From the human T2T-CHM13v2.0 reference genome, Homo sapiens, in assembly GCF_009914755.1 (NCBI RefSeq), contig NC_060927.1: a stretch of 64,000 nucleotides of DNA; one strand, 5' to 3'. A program made the translations under genes and the position numbers. Numbering within the stretch: position 1 is the first letter of the stretch; the number at the start of each line of letters is the position of its first letter. Below, one piece after another: positions 1 to 13,390 of this stretch. The notes beneath the pieces were generated by a model, which did not search any database, was not told where the DNA came from, and saw only the letters and a program-made list of their open reading frames with translations.

Positions 1-453
1 CCCCTTGCCTACCTTCCCAGGGAGTCCTGCACCCACAGCTGCTGGGCCGGGGTTGGCCTAGGGACCAGCGTCTTCTCCCATGGTGACACACATATAGAAG
101 TAGCTCCTTAGGGAGCTTTCTGACAGCCAGGGAGAGGGAGGGTGCAGAGAGGCTGGAGCAGGGCCAACCTTGTGAGCATCTGCTCACACCACAAGCTGGC
201 CTCCACTCCGAGCAGGACCAACCTGGCCCTATAAACCCCTGTCGGTTGCAGGAGGGTGGGGAGCAGTGGAAACCATGTTGGTGTTCAAAGGCAACTCACC
301 ACTGCTCCCTGCCTTTCTGCATTCAGGGAGCAATCGCACACACATGTGTGTGCACACACATGCGTGTGCACACACATGCACACAGGCCTGGCCAGGGTCA
401 CACCTGGGCCCTGGACCCCCTATGAGCCACCCTCCCTTAGGAGCAGAGCCTCA

Positions 454-699
<246 letters not shown>

Positions 700-783
700 T
701 CAGTGGTGCCCAGCTAAGGGTCCTAGGGGATAAGCCCAAAGGAACCCTCCCTGCCCCTCCCAGTCCTGATATTAGGTGCTCAC

Positions 784-837
784 CGTGCGGTCCTCCAAGT
801 ACATGGTTTTTGACAAGAAGTCAATCCCAATGGTTGC
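784..837 (-). CDS. RAB6B: RAB6B coding exon 3 (54 nt; ATIGIDFLSKTMYLEDRT, switch I)
   Basis: Acceptor TTTTCTCTAACAG/GCA and donor ACG/GTGAGC; contains the RabF1 motif IGIDF. Confidence 0.97.
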
Positions 838-1629
838 CTGTTAGAGAAAAGCACAGAACGGTCAAAATCAAAAGGTCTCATGCAAAGGGGCAAAAGCCTA
901 GCGACCACAGGTGGTGGCATAACCAGCAAGAGGGGACGCTCATGTCAGGTCTAATGTGGCCATGCTCTGTCCTCCCTGCCCCTCCCTGCTACCACTCAGC
1001 GGCTCTCTCACTGAGGGATCAAGCTGAGGAAAGATGAGGGTGGCCTTTATAGGGTGAGATCTTCTCTGGAGAGGGCAAGTGCTTCAGAAGCAGTGAGAGC
1101 GCAGTGGTGAGGAGGCCTCCCCAGGAGCAAGGCCACTCAGGCCACTCAACGCACATATCCTGCCCTCCCCACCTGGACTCCCTGCCTTGTTCCCTTCATG
1201 GCCTAACCTGCAGCTTCCAAAGCCTCTTCCCTCTGCCCTAAAGCATGGGCCTGGGCTCAACACTGACCTCGGGAGGGTGGGAGGCAGGGGGCAGGAGCAG
1301 GCAGCTTGCTGCTGTGTGGGTGCAAACAGCAGCATGGCTTTTCTCAGGTGCAGGCACTGCAGACCACCCAGAGTGGCCTCTCGCTGGGAGGCCCCACTGG
1401 CTCTTTTCTCCCCAAGCCAAAACACTGGAAGCTGTCACCAGCTCCCCTGTGCCACACCTATGCCTCTTCTGCCCTGGCACCTGTGAGAGGCAGCCAGCCT
1501 TGTGGCCAGATGGCCAGGACCCACCACTCACTTGCTGTGTGGCCTTGGGCAGGCAACCAACCTCTCTGGGCCTCACAGGCACCCGGTACCTGTCAGTAGG
1601 ACTGAGATGCTGTCAATGTAAAATGGAGA

Positions 1630-2070
1630 TATCACTGCTATGTAATCAATAATAACAAAGACTTGGACACAGCCTGAATGTCCACGGCACTAAATAAGCA
1701 TAGTGTGGTATATCCATGTGATTAGAACCCTTGGCAGCTGTTAACAATCACATTCTTGAAAAAATATTTAAGGATTTGGGGAAACGGTTATCCAGTTAAA
1801 AAAACAAATAAACAAAAAACAGGTTATAAAACATCATGTGGCGAGTGATCCCAATTAGATTAACTCAAATAGATCTATGAGTATTTTTCATGTTTTCTTA
1901 GACACTGAAGTGAAGGGAATCTGCTAACATGTTAATAGCATCACGGTCTGAATAGTGACAGAGCATTTTCTTTCCTTCATTACACTCCTTCATTACACTT
2001 TTCTCTACTTTCCACAATGAACATATAACAGTACTAAAATTAGAAAAAGTCCTTTGAAATAAAGTTTAAT
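1630..2070 (+). mobile_element. Old L1 (L1ME-like) 3' fragment
   Basis: A-rich; degenerate match to the L1M 3' end (CAGCCTGAATGTCCA...TGTGGTATATCCAT). Confidence 0.55.
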
Positions 2071-2758
2071 AAATAAGTTTAATTGTGTGGAATGCCATGA
2101 TTTTTGACTGCAAAAAACACAACCAAAGGAAGCCCAAGAAAATAGAAAAGGTCATATCTCCAGTCCCCCCAGGCTGAATGCAAAGGTATGCACCAATGTG
2201 TGTGCACAAGTGTGCATGTTTACACAGTCACACTCCCAACTCGTTCCACAAAGGACTGAGACTGGCTTGCACCCTCCTGGAAGCTTGCCTCATAACACAA
2301 AGATATGGGGGGTCATTCTACGCTCTGGAGCATACGATGCTAGAATGTGGGCACTAGACAAAACACCTTAGATACAATCCAATCAATCCCTTACTTTGGA
2401 GATGAAAGAACAGACCAGAGGGTTAAAGGACATGCCTAGTGTGACTTCACTCATCAGTAGCAGGGCTGGGAAGATCAGAGCTGCAAACTTGGCAGCACCT
2501 GGGCTCTTTCTACCACAGCTTCGCATAGTGTAGCCACCGAGGCACAAATCTGCAATGACCAGTGCTTGTGGATGCAGACTTTTTCCTTCACAGGTGTATG
2601 TTAGATTGACAATCCTTGTCTTCTGATTCCCTTATGGAGAAATGTGCATAGCAGGTAGAAGTCTCTCAACTCCTCAATGCTCAACAGGCTCCCCAGGAGT
2701 GACATGCTCCTTTTGTAGAGTCACCTTTGAACTAAAACCAGGTGCATGAGCTTAGGAC

Positions 2759-3170
2759 TGGTGGCAGGGACTGCTGGTTGTCCCCAGTATGTAGTTTCCC
2801 TTTCTATAGTAACAGAATTCTGGGTGTGCAGATGGACTCAGGGCTGCCCCAAATAAAGAACATATTTCCCAGCCTTCTTTGCAGCTGGGCGGCTACATTC
2901 TGGTTAATGGGATGTGAACGTGATGTAGGCATCTTTGGGGTCAGGTCCTCTGTGGGTAGGGAGTACCCACAGCTGCTCCCTTTCCCACTGTCCGGTGGGG
3001 ATGAGTCATAGTGGCCCATCCAGATGAGGATGACAGAGGAGCGATGACATCAACGAAGGCTGACTCCCTGACCCTGAGGAGCTACTTCAGCAGCGCTGGA
3101 CTGCTCAGATTGTTCTATTTTGTTTAAGTCACTGTTATTTTGGGTTTCTGTTAACATAGCCTAATTAACA
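2759..3170 (+). mobile_element. ERVL LTR (LTR33/LTR16-like) solo LTR
   Basis: Starts TGTGGCAGG; contains TTTCCCAGCC..TTGCAGCT and ends TTGTTTAAGTCACTG..GTTTCTGTT, typical of this group. Confidence 0.6.
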
Positions 3171-3829
3171 AGCAAAGAACCATGGAGAAACGTATCTCTC
3201 AAAGGTAGGCACCTGATGGTAATGCTACTGATAACTGTAATGATGACAACCCCATCACACCTCACATGTCACAAGGCACTTCTGCTTCCACAAAGGGCAG
3301 AGAAGTCACCAAATGAAACAAGAAATTGTGCCACTTGGATGAAGTCCCAGCAAAGCTCAACCCAGTGGCCTCCATAATCATAAACACCATTACTGAACAT
3401 CCACATACTTTCTCTCACATCCCATAACAGACTAACCAGAGGCAGCAACGAGGAACCTGAACAAGGCCAACATCCCATCTTCTCCAGCTCTCTCTTAATT
3501 CCTGCTTCCAGCTTCCCCAACAGAGAAACCTCTGGTCCCTTAACTGTCCACTCTCTCAGACCTGTTCTAGCCACACTCTCCATCTGACCAGGCCACTGAG
3601 CCACTGAAGAACTTCTATAGCTGTGGAGATGGCGCCAAAGCATAGGCATTGTCTCTGGGTGTAACTGAGCCCTCAGCTCTGCTCAAAAACATATTCCTAA
3701 GTTTTGCTTTCAATAATGGCTGAGTGGCTTGTATCAAACAAACCCTCCAACAGAAAACTATTTTAATATCTGGAAAAATACAAGAAATAACAATTTGCAA
3801 GCACTGAAGAATGATCAAAAGCAGGACGA

Positions 3830-4134
3830 GGCAGGGTGCAGTGGCTCATGCCTGTAATCCCAGCACTTTGAAAGACCAAGGCAGGAGGATCACTTGAGCC
3901 CAGGAGTTTGAAAGCAGCCTAGGTAACATAGTGAGACTTTGCCTCTACAAAAAATAAAAAATGAAAATTAATCAGGTGTGGTGGTGCCTGCCTGTAGTCC
4001 CAGCTACTTGTGAGGCTGAGGGGAAGAATCGCTTGAGGCTGGTGGGGCTGAGGATGCAGTGAGCCATGATGACACTACTGTACTCCAGGCTGGTCAACAG
4101 AGCAAGACCCTGGCTCAAAAGAAAAAAAAAAAAA
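3830..4134 (+). mobile_element. AluJ-type SINE
   Basis: Dimeric Alu with GGAGGATCACTTGAGCCCAGGAG and an A tail. Confidence 0.92.
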
Positions 4135-4341
4135 GTAGGTAGGAGTTACAACCGCTCAAGGAATGGAAGAAAACTAGGCAGATTCTACATTAAATCAATT
4201 TGCCTCCTGACGAAACTCCCCAGTCCCACCAAATTAAAAGAACTTCAAAAACACCTCAGACTCCACTGAAACACCAGAAAGGCTGGCTTTGGGAGGAACA
4301 AGATCATCTCAGGACTGAGGGTTACACCAGAGGACTCAGAG

Positions 4342-4758
4342 AAAACCAAAATAAATCTATCGCTGTGGTCTGAATGTGTCCCCTGTAACCTCAACTTCAA
4401 ATGCTGAAACTTAATCCTCAATGTGATAGTATTAAAAGGCACATCCTTTGGGGAAAGGATTAAGTCATGAGGACTCTGACCTCTTGAATGGGATTAGTAC
4501 CCTTATAAAAGAGGCTTAAGGGAGCACCCTGGCTCCCCTCTGCCATGTGAGGACGCAGTGTTCGTCCCTTCCACCACTGAGGACACAGCATAAAGGTGAC
4601 ATTTTTGAAGCAGAGAGCAAGTCCTCACCAGATGCGGAATCTGCTGGAGCCTTGATCTTGGAAGGAAATCCCAGACTCCTGAACTGTGAGCAATAAATGT
4701 CAATTGCTTATACGTTACCCAGTCTATTTTGTTATAGCAGCCTGAATGGATGAAGACA
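4342..4758 (+). mobile_element. MaLR solo LTR (MLT1A/MSTD-like)
   Basis: GGTCTGAATGTGTCCCC...GAATGGGATTAGTACCCTTATAAAAGAGG...GTTATAGCAGCCTGAATGGATGAAGACA. Confidence 0.8.
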
Positions 4759-5339
4759 TCTGTCTTAACAAGGTCCATACATGATAACTAACCATTCCCT
4801 AAAAAATATTAACTGCCCATCATTTAATTGCCTATTAAGATAAAACAACACTCTTCAGAGGAAGGTAACAAAATCCAAGACTATAACTTATTATTCATGA
4901 GGTCCACTGTACAATAAAAAAGGACTAGAAATGTGAAGAAACAGAAAATTCAAGCCATAATCAAGGGAAAAAACTCAACAGACCCCTACATGATCCAAAT
5001 GTTGAATTAGTAGACAAAGACTTTAAAACTCTTATAAATAGGTAAAAAAAAAAATTAAAAATTAATACAATGGGTGACTGTCAAGAGATTTACGAAAATT
5101 CTAAAACAAAACAAAATGGTATTTTTAACACTAAAAACTATAATATCTGAAATAAAAATGCATTGGATTTAAATAACAGTAGCTAGGACACTGCAGAGGA
5201 AAGCTCAGTGAACCTGAAGACAGGCCAAAATAAATTGTTCAAACTGAAGCACAGAGAGAAAAATGATGGAATAAAAATAAAGAGAGCTTCAAGCACTCCT
5301 AGGACAATATCAAGTGAGCTGACATAAATGGCAATTGGA

Positions 5340-5725
<386 letters not shown>

Positions 5726-6739
5726 TTAGAAACATCAACCCACAGTTCCAAGAAGTTCAGTGAACCTAAAACAGGATAAATCTGTAAAAAACCAAACCAA
5801 GGTATGTCATAGTCAAATTGCTGAAAATAAAAAAGTAGAGAGAAAACCGTAATAGCAGCCAGAAAACAGAACAACACATTACATACAAGGAAACAATGGT
5901 AAGAATTATAGTTGATTTATCATCAGAAACAATGGAAGACAGAAGACAAGGGAACAACGTCTCTAAACTGCTTAAAAAATAAAACAAGACACACACACAA
6001 AAACCCTGTCAGCCTAGAATTCTATAGCTGGTGAAAATTTTCTTCAAAAATGAAGACAAAACATAAACATTTTCACATAAGGGAAAGTCACATAATTTGT
6101 CACCAGCATGCACTCATTATAAGAGATGCTTTAGGCTAAAGAGAAATTTTGTAGATGGAAATTAGAATCTTCAAGGCTGGAATACAAGTGCACCAGAAAT
6201 GGCAAATCTATGGGCAAATATAAAAACACGCTACTTGTCCTTGATTGCGTCCTATCACAGTAACAATGACATCCACAGTAACAACATCTCAGCACTTTAT
6301 CATTTCCCAGCTCTTGTACTAACTGCTTTAAATACATTACTTAATTTAATCTGGACAATAAATCTATGTGATGAGTTAGGCTCTTCTGTATTCTGTGTCA
6401 CTGCTAAGAAAATGGAAGACAAGAGATGCTAAGCGACTTGTCAAATGTCCACAGCTGAGACTGCAGTCAAGATTCAAAAGGTATTTGCAAAGTTGTCTAC
6501 ATATGTCCAGCCTTATCCCCACACGCCTCCAGGCTCTAAGTATTCGTTATTTCTCCTGTTTAAAGAAAGCCTCTTCCTAGGCCCTCTTGGCACTGGCCTT
6601 CTCTGGATGATGCTTTCTCAGCCATCTCCTTTCTCTTCTATATCTCAGTCTCTCATTCTCTACTCACTCTTTCCTTTCATCCAAGAAACATTCTCAAGAT
6701 TCTCACATCTTTTGAGTGGAAAAATCCCTCATTTTCACT

Positions 6740-8400
6740 AAGTTGCTCTCTAGCCATCTGCCAATCTCTCACCTCTTCTCAATGGGCTTGCTTCTTGGAA
6801 AAGGACTTCAAACCCACTGTATCCATTTCCTCTATGCCCACCCATTTCTCAACTAGGTCAGTCTGGTTTCTGTCCCTCTGCCCATAGCTCTTGCTATGGT
6901 CACCAATAGCCATTTGATTATCAAGTCATGAGGACACTGTATAGTCCAGACTCAACACACTTGACCCTGCTGACCATTCCTCTTCTATGGCATTTGTTTC
7001 TTCTTTGCTTTCCACGACTTTACTTGTTTCTGGCTTTCCCTGCCTCTCTAATTGCGGTTCCTTATTGTTCTCTTCTAGGATCTTCTTCCTTTCTTTCCCT
7101 AAAATGTTGGCATTTCCACTGTTTTGTTTCAGAGGGGATCTCATTTACTCTCGATGCTTCAAATATGATATACTGATCAGTTCCCAATCTATAACCCAGG
7201 ACTTACCCCTGTTCTGAGCCCCAAATCTATGCATCCAGCTACTTACTACAAATCCCACTTAATTATCCACTAGACAGCTGACTAAATATAGTATATTCCA
7301 AAAAGAGCCTATCATCTTCCTCCAAACCTGCTTCTGCTATTTTTCCTATTTCAATAAATGGCACCTTGACCATCCAGGCGCCCACGCCTCTGGAAGCCTG
7401 AAAGCCCTCCTGAGTTGCTCCTCTTCACTTGCTGTCTGTTCCCTCACATCAAATGAATACTGAACTGGTTGCTTGGCCTCCTAAGGGCTCTCACCCAGCC
7501 CCCTTTTTCTCCATCCCCAACACCACTGCCCTAGTTTAGACACTGAACTTCTTTTACCTAAATAACACCAACAGCTTTCTGACTATCCCTCATGCTTTCC
7601 ACTGTAATTAATCTTTCATGTAGCAGGCAGGATGTCTTAGTCCATTTTCTGCTGCTGTAACAGAATCACAGACTGGATAATTTACTTTAAAAAGAAATTT
7701 ACTTATCACAATTCTGGAAGCTGCGAAGTCTAAGAACATGGCACTGGTGTCTGGGGAGGGCCTTTGTGCTGTGTCATCCCATGTCAGAAGGTGGAAGGGA
7801 AAGTGAACACACAACAGAGAGAAAAAGGGGCCCAAACTCCGATGGTACCACCCACTCCTGCAATAACTGCATTAATCCATTCATGAGGGTGAAGCCCTCA
7901 TTACCTAATCACCTCTTAAAGGCTCCACTTTTTTTTTTTTTTAAAGCAGCTGCACCTTCTAGGATCACCTCTTAATACCGTCACAATGGGAATTCAATTT
8001 CAATATGAGTTTTGGTGGTGACACTGAAACCATTGCACAGGGTTATTTTTCTGAAATATTAATATGATCATATTAATATGATCTACTGCCTCTAAGAGAT
8101 AGCTCAAACACTTCAAGCTGGCCTATAATGCTGTTCAGGGCCTGCCCCTGGCATTCTATGGACTCATTCCCTCCTTGACCAGCCTCCACTTTATATTTTA
8201 GAAATAATATTCTGTACAGAACTCCTCATAAACAAGTTGCTTTGTATGTCTGGGCCTTTTCTAATAATGTCCCCTTTTCTGGAATGCTCTTCCACATGGT
8301 TTATACTTATTCAGAATTCAAGATTCACCTCCTCTACAAATCATTTTCTGAGCCCTCAGGTTGGTCCAGGGCCCCTCATTTAACACTTTCTCTGTTAAAC
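6740..8400 (+). mobile_element. L2 LINE fragments (split by an MST LTR)
   Basis: CT-rich degenerate L2 motifs (ATATTCCAAAA..ATCTTCCTCCAAACCTGCTTCT..AATAAATGGCACC). Confidence 0.6.
7633..8038 (-). mobile_element. MaLR MST (MSTC-like) solo LTR
   Basis: TGTCTTAGTCCATTTTCTGCTGCTGTAACAGAAT...AATCCATTCATGAGGG...AATTTCAATATGAGTTTTGG. Confidence 0.8.
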
Positions 8401-8436
8401 TGGAAAGATCTCATACTAATCAATCTCTCCCACTGG

Positions 8437-8620
8437 CCAGTGATTCAATGATTCTCAATATGTAGCCCACGAGTCATGTGCATCAGAATCACATCAGGAG
8501 TTTGTTAAACATGTTGATTCCTGAGCTCCACTCAGACAGACAGAATCACAATCTCTGGGAATCAGAATTCCAGACAAGCCCTCAGATAACTCATTTGTGC
8601 AGTAAAGTTTGCAAATTGCC
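8437..8620. mobile_element. MER5-like hAT-Charlie MITE remnant
   Basis: TGCATCAGAATCAC..GGAGTTTGTTAAA...GAATCACAATCTCTGGG. Confidence 0.55.
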
Positions 8621-9129
8621 TTCTGTTGTAATCAGAGTCTGGGGAGGTTGTGCTGTCCAGGAGTGGCAGATGCCCTGTACAGGGTGAGAGACAAGAGGGA
8701 GATGCTTATGCATGAGAAGGTGCTATTCACAGAAGAAAGCAAGGCTTACTCAGAACTAAGGTCACACAGTCAGTAGTGTCAGAATCAGTTTCCCTGAATG
8801 CAAAGTCCCTGCTCTTGACTATTCAGTTGTACTCCCTCTCCTTCCTGAAATCCCTTCATTTCTGAACCTGTCATGCACCCTGAAGCTGTCACTGAATATT
8901 TCTGGGGGTCACAAACTATCTGGCTACCTACTGTCATAATCTTATGGTCATCAGCCATAATAGTTCAGCAGAGCCCACTTAAGGTGAAGTTCATTTCCCA
9001 GAAGAGAAAAGTCAGCTCTCTAAGGACAGAATAGAAACAAGAACTTTTAAGAGGGCCTTGGCTGGGCCTCAGTTACCAGAAAATTTCTAGCTCTTTGACA
9101 TCATCTATTTGCCTCAAATAAGGCACAAA

Positions 9130-10430
9130 CAGTCTTACTGGTTGAGAAATTAGAGAACAATCTGCAAAGTTACTACAGCAGCCAGAAAGTGTGGAAAACC
9201 CTGGAAGTGACATAGATACAGAGAGGTGACCCCAAATTCTCCATATAAATGTTACCCAAATCTCTGACTGACCCAAGCAGACCCTAAGCAGCCTACCTAA
9301 GACTGAAAACAAAATAAAACAGGCAAACAAAAAAATCTGAACATAACTTTCAGTTGCTGCCTACCACGGGGGGGAGAATTGAGAATTTGGGTCCAGACAA
9401 TTTAGCTGCCCACTAAAACCAAGAGTACTCTTCACAGGAACAAACAGAATCCACAGTTTTAACATAATGTATAACCCAAAATTACTAGTCATATGAATAA
9501 GAAAATGTCAGCCATATTCAAGAAAAAAGAGATTAAATGGAGACTAACTCTGAGGTACCCAGATGTTGAAAATAGCCAAGCATTTAAAAATAGTTCATAT
9601 AACTATGCTCAAATATAAAAATAAGCTCATAATAAAGGCGCAGATTTAAAAATCTCAACAGAGAAACTAAAACTCTAAGTAAAGAACCAAATACAAACTT
9701 AGAACTGAAAAATACATCTGAAACAACAGATTCAAAAAGAGAAATGAAATAGTCAGTGAACTTGAAAATAGATCATATAAATTATCCAAAAGGAAGCATA
9801 AAGAGAAAAAAAATTGAGAAAAATTTCATAAACAGAGCCTCATACAGCTTAACATATGTTTAACTGGAGTCCCAGAAGTAGAGGAGATGGAGAATTGGAC
9901 AAAAAAACTAAAGAAATAATGGTGAAAAGTCTTCTGAGTGCAAAATGAGACACATTTACAGATTCAAAAACTCATCCAACTCCAAGCATTACATTAAAAA
10001 AATAAAGAAACAAAATCACATGTCTATTCATAACAGAGTCTAACTGCTAAAAATCAAAGATAAAGAAAAATCTTGACAGTAGCCAGAGGAAAATGACACA
10101 CCTCACGTAAGGAAATAACAGGGATGACGGCTGCCATACTGGAAAAAAATGGAAGCTAGAAAACACTGGAATGACACAATAAAAGTGTTCAAGAAAAAAA
10201 AAAAAAACCGTGGAAACAGAATTCTAAATCCAGCAAAAATACTCTTCAAAAGTATGAAGAAATAAAAATATTTTTAGATAAACAAAAACAAAGAGAATTT
10301 GTGGCAAGCAGAACTTCACTACAAGAAATGTTAAAGGAAGCTGTTCAGGCTGACAGGAAAATATACTAATGGAAACTAGAATTCTCTGGAAGAAATTGTG
10401 AGCATCAGAAATGGTAAATACATGCATGGG
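9130..10430 (+). mobile_element. Old L1M ORF1-region fragment
   Basis: TAACTGGAGTCCCAGAAG, AGAATTCTAAATCCAGCAAAAATA, AAGAAATGTTAAAGGAAG. Confidence 0.75.
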
Positions 10431-11636
10431 TCAATGCAGGACATTGTTTGTTTTAGATAAAAGTGATGGCTTCAGTACACCCTGAGGTGTGAAGCCACAC
10501 AGTTTCTTCAGAAAAACAAAAATGATTCAGGACCAATGGACTGTGAATTGCCTGTAGAGAACAGGATGGAGCCAAAGAACTGATAAACGACCAAAGAAGA
10601 GGGACTTCCATGTAGCTGGGGCTTTAGAAAGATAACCCTGGTTGAAGGATAGTGAATGGGATAAAGGCAAGGGAGACAAAACGGAACCTGCTGCAAAGGC
10701 CTAGACAGGCAAAGAGGTGTGGGCAGAGAAGAGCAGAGTGAGAAGGAAGGAGGACACATGAGTGATATCAAGAAGCAGAGGCAGGACTCCATGGGTGTGA
10801 AAGATGTAGAGAGGCTGGGTGACTAAGATAAGGTACTGTTAACAAGAAAAGGGGGGAGTGGCTTGCACGACTGGGAACACTAACTACACTTTGCAGATAA
10901 GCCAGAGCCACACAGAAGTGAAGTGACTTGCCTGAGGTCCCATAGCAAGTCAGCGAGGTCACAGGAACTAATTTGCATCTTCTCTGATGATAAATCATGG
11001 GCTTTGGGTGATGAAATAAAAGACGACCTTCATGGGCTGACTCCTTTGGAGCACATCCCAGCTAGGGTAGCCACTAAAGGATGGCCCAAGGTGCTGCTTC
11101 TCTGGAAGCAACTGCAACCACACCACTAGAACTAATGAGAAACGACCACACTTGGGTGTCATTCATGCCACCTCCATGGAGAGCCACAAAGTTAGATCTA
11201 CACTGATGGGCATTCTCCTCGTCACAGGGAATGAGCGTGGTCCAGGCGTGGTTTTGCGAGGCAGCTGGGCTTACCAGCCAATACAAGATTGCCAAGCATC
11301 AAAGCCAATGGTGCTCCTGGGATTCCCGGGGCTGCGGGGCTCTGTCTAAGAGCTGTGTCTACCACTGTTCTGCTGGGTACTCTAGTCTCAGACTTGTGCC
11401 AAATCAGATCCTCAGAGACCACGGGCCTAGGCTGCTTTGTCCACACTCTCCAGGATGGTTTTAGCAGCAAGTAAGCCAGATTATGCTGGCATTGCACTTT
11501 GGAGGTCTGTGAGGGTCTGTATCACAAATCATCATGTGAGGAAAGTCTCTATCTTGCTGGTAACACTGTCACTAGATGCCCTACCTGCCAAGCCATTACA
11601 TATACCTCTTTGTAAGCTGGGGCAGAGAAACCCTGA

Positions 11637-11951
11637 TTTTTTTCTTTTTCTTTTTTTTTTTTTTGAGACAGGGTCTCACTCTGTTGCCCAGGCTGGAGTG
11701 CAGTGGCATGAACACAGATCCCTGTAGCCTCGACCTCCTTGGCACAAGCAATTCTCCTGCCTCAGCCTCCCAAGTAGTTGGAACTACAGGAGTGTGCCAC
11801 CACGCCCAGCTAATTAAAAAAACAATTTTCTTTTGTAGAGATGGGGATCTCACCATGTTGCCAGGCTGGTCTCGAACTCCAGGGCACAAGTGATCCTTCC
11901 GCTTCAGCCTCCCAAAGAGCTGGGATTACAGGCGTGAGTCACCATGCCTGG
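11637..11951 (-). mobile_element. AluJ-type SINE
   Basis: PolyT followed by GAGACAGGGTCTCACTCTGTTGCCCAGGCTGGAGTGCAGTGG. Confidence 0.93.
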
Positions 11952-13099
11952 CAAATCCTTGATTCTAAACCTGACCACTCTCCCTGCCTTACTGCGTGAC
12001 CTTGTTCAAGTGTTAGCAATATCTGGCTCAAAATGCAAGCCTGGGAGCATTTTGCCACTAGTATGTGGGAGCCATGCATGGTATTTCCTTTCCCTCCAGC
12101 CACCAGGAAACTCAAAGGTAAATGCTGAGCTCCATGCAGTATTTCTGCTATAGCTATCTCCCCTACCCTCTTTTCCTTTCCGATGCTAGTTTTTCCTCCT
12201 CTGCATCTGTAGTACAGTCATATCTGTGGCTCCTACTTTGGAGGGATATGGGGACATCAGACAAAAAGAACAACTAGCCACCCAGGTAGGCCATATCCTC
12301 CTGAAAAAGGCCCCAGCAACCTTGGTGATTTCCTGTGACCTGCCACAGGGTACATTTCATCTCAAAGGTCACCACAGGCCACAGTGTGTACTGATGGGAA
12401 GGTGGGTATGAGTGTGTGTGAGCAGACACGTGGATGAGTGGGGATACACATGTGTATGTAATTATGTATTTATTTGCATGTAGAAGTATGTGTATGTGGG
12501 TATGAGAGTGTGGGGGTAGGGAGGGAGTCATTTCTTCTTTGAAGATAAAGCCCAGATCCATGATATGCACATAGCCCAGCAATGCCAGGCAGCTGAGGTG
12601 AAGAGGACGCTCCACAGGCCCTTGGGATGGGGAGCATATGTCTGCCGGCGAATCTAGAATGCCTGTCAATGCTCCCCAGGACAGACCATAGCCAGCCCCA
12701 CAGGAGCTACCATGCACCCTGCCCCAGGGGAATGGCCATGCAGCTGGCAGAGTGCCCCACTCAAACATACTTGGATGGGGTAATATGCCAAGGGAGCCCC
12801 AGTCTGTTTTTGGTGACCTCTGTCAGTGTTGGCAAGGTCTGAGTGCTCTGCCAACACCAACACTGGATTGGGAGTGTCCTGGAAAAATGGCTTAGCTTCC
12901 CTGGCCCTTGGCTTCCTCATCTCTAATACATGAAAAGTCACAGCTTCCTTTAAGGACTGTTGGATCAAATGAGTTAGAGAAAGTGAAGATAATGCATACT
13001 CTGTGATATGCTGCGTAAACAAAGATTATGAATTGTTATTAGTGACCGACTGACCTAGAGGTTTAAGAGAAGCTGTAGAACCCACCCCATGGAGACTCT

Positions 13100-13390
13100 C
13101 CAGCAATGTTTCTCAGTGTGGTTATGTGAAACACAGCCCCATGAGACCATCTTTGGAACAAAAGTAAATGGTGATCAAGTATTTCTGGGAAAGGCTACAT
13201 ATTCTAGCCCTGAGTAGATAGCCTCTTTAGTAAAGCCTCTCATAAGGCACACTGGCAAATAAAAGGCTCTGATGAGTTCTGCACTGAAGAAACACGAACC
13301 CAATGTTTCCCCAGCTTCTTTGCCCTAGGAACCTTTGTGGTTGCAATCCCTACAAACATCTCAATAACCGAGTATTCCCAGAGCCTCATG
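13100..13390. mobile_element. MER103-like hAT-Charlie remnant
   Basis: Shares diagnostic segments with 22620-22950 (AAAGGCTCTGATGAG/AGGCTCCGAGAAG..CTGCA..CCCARTGTTYCC). Confidence 0.4.
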
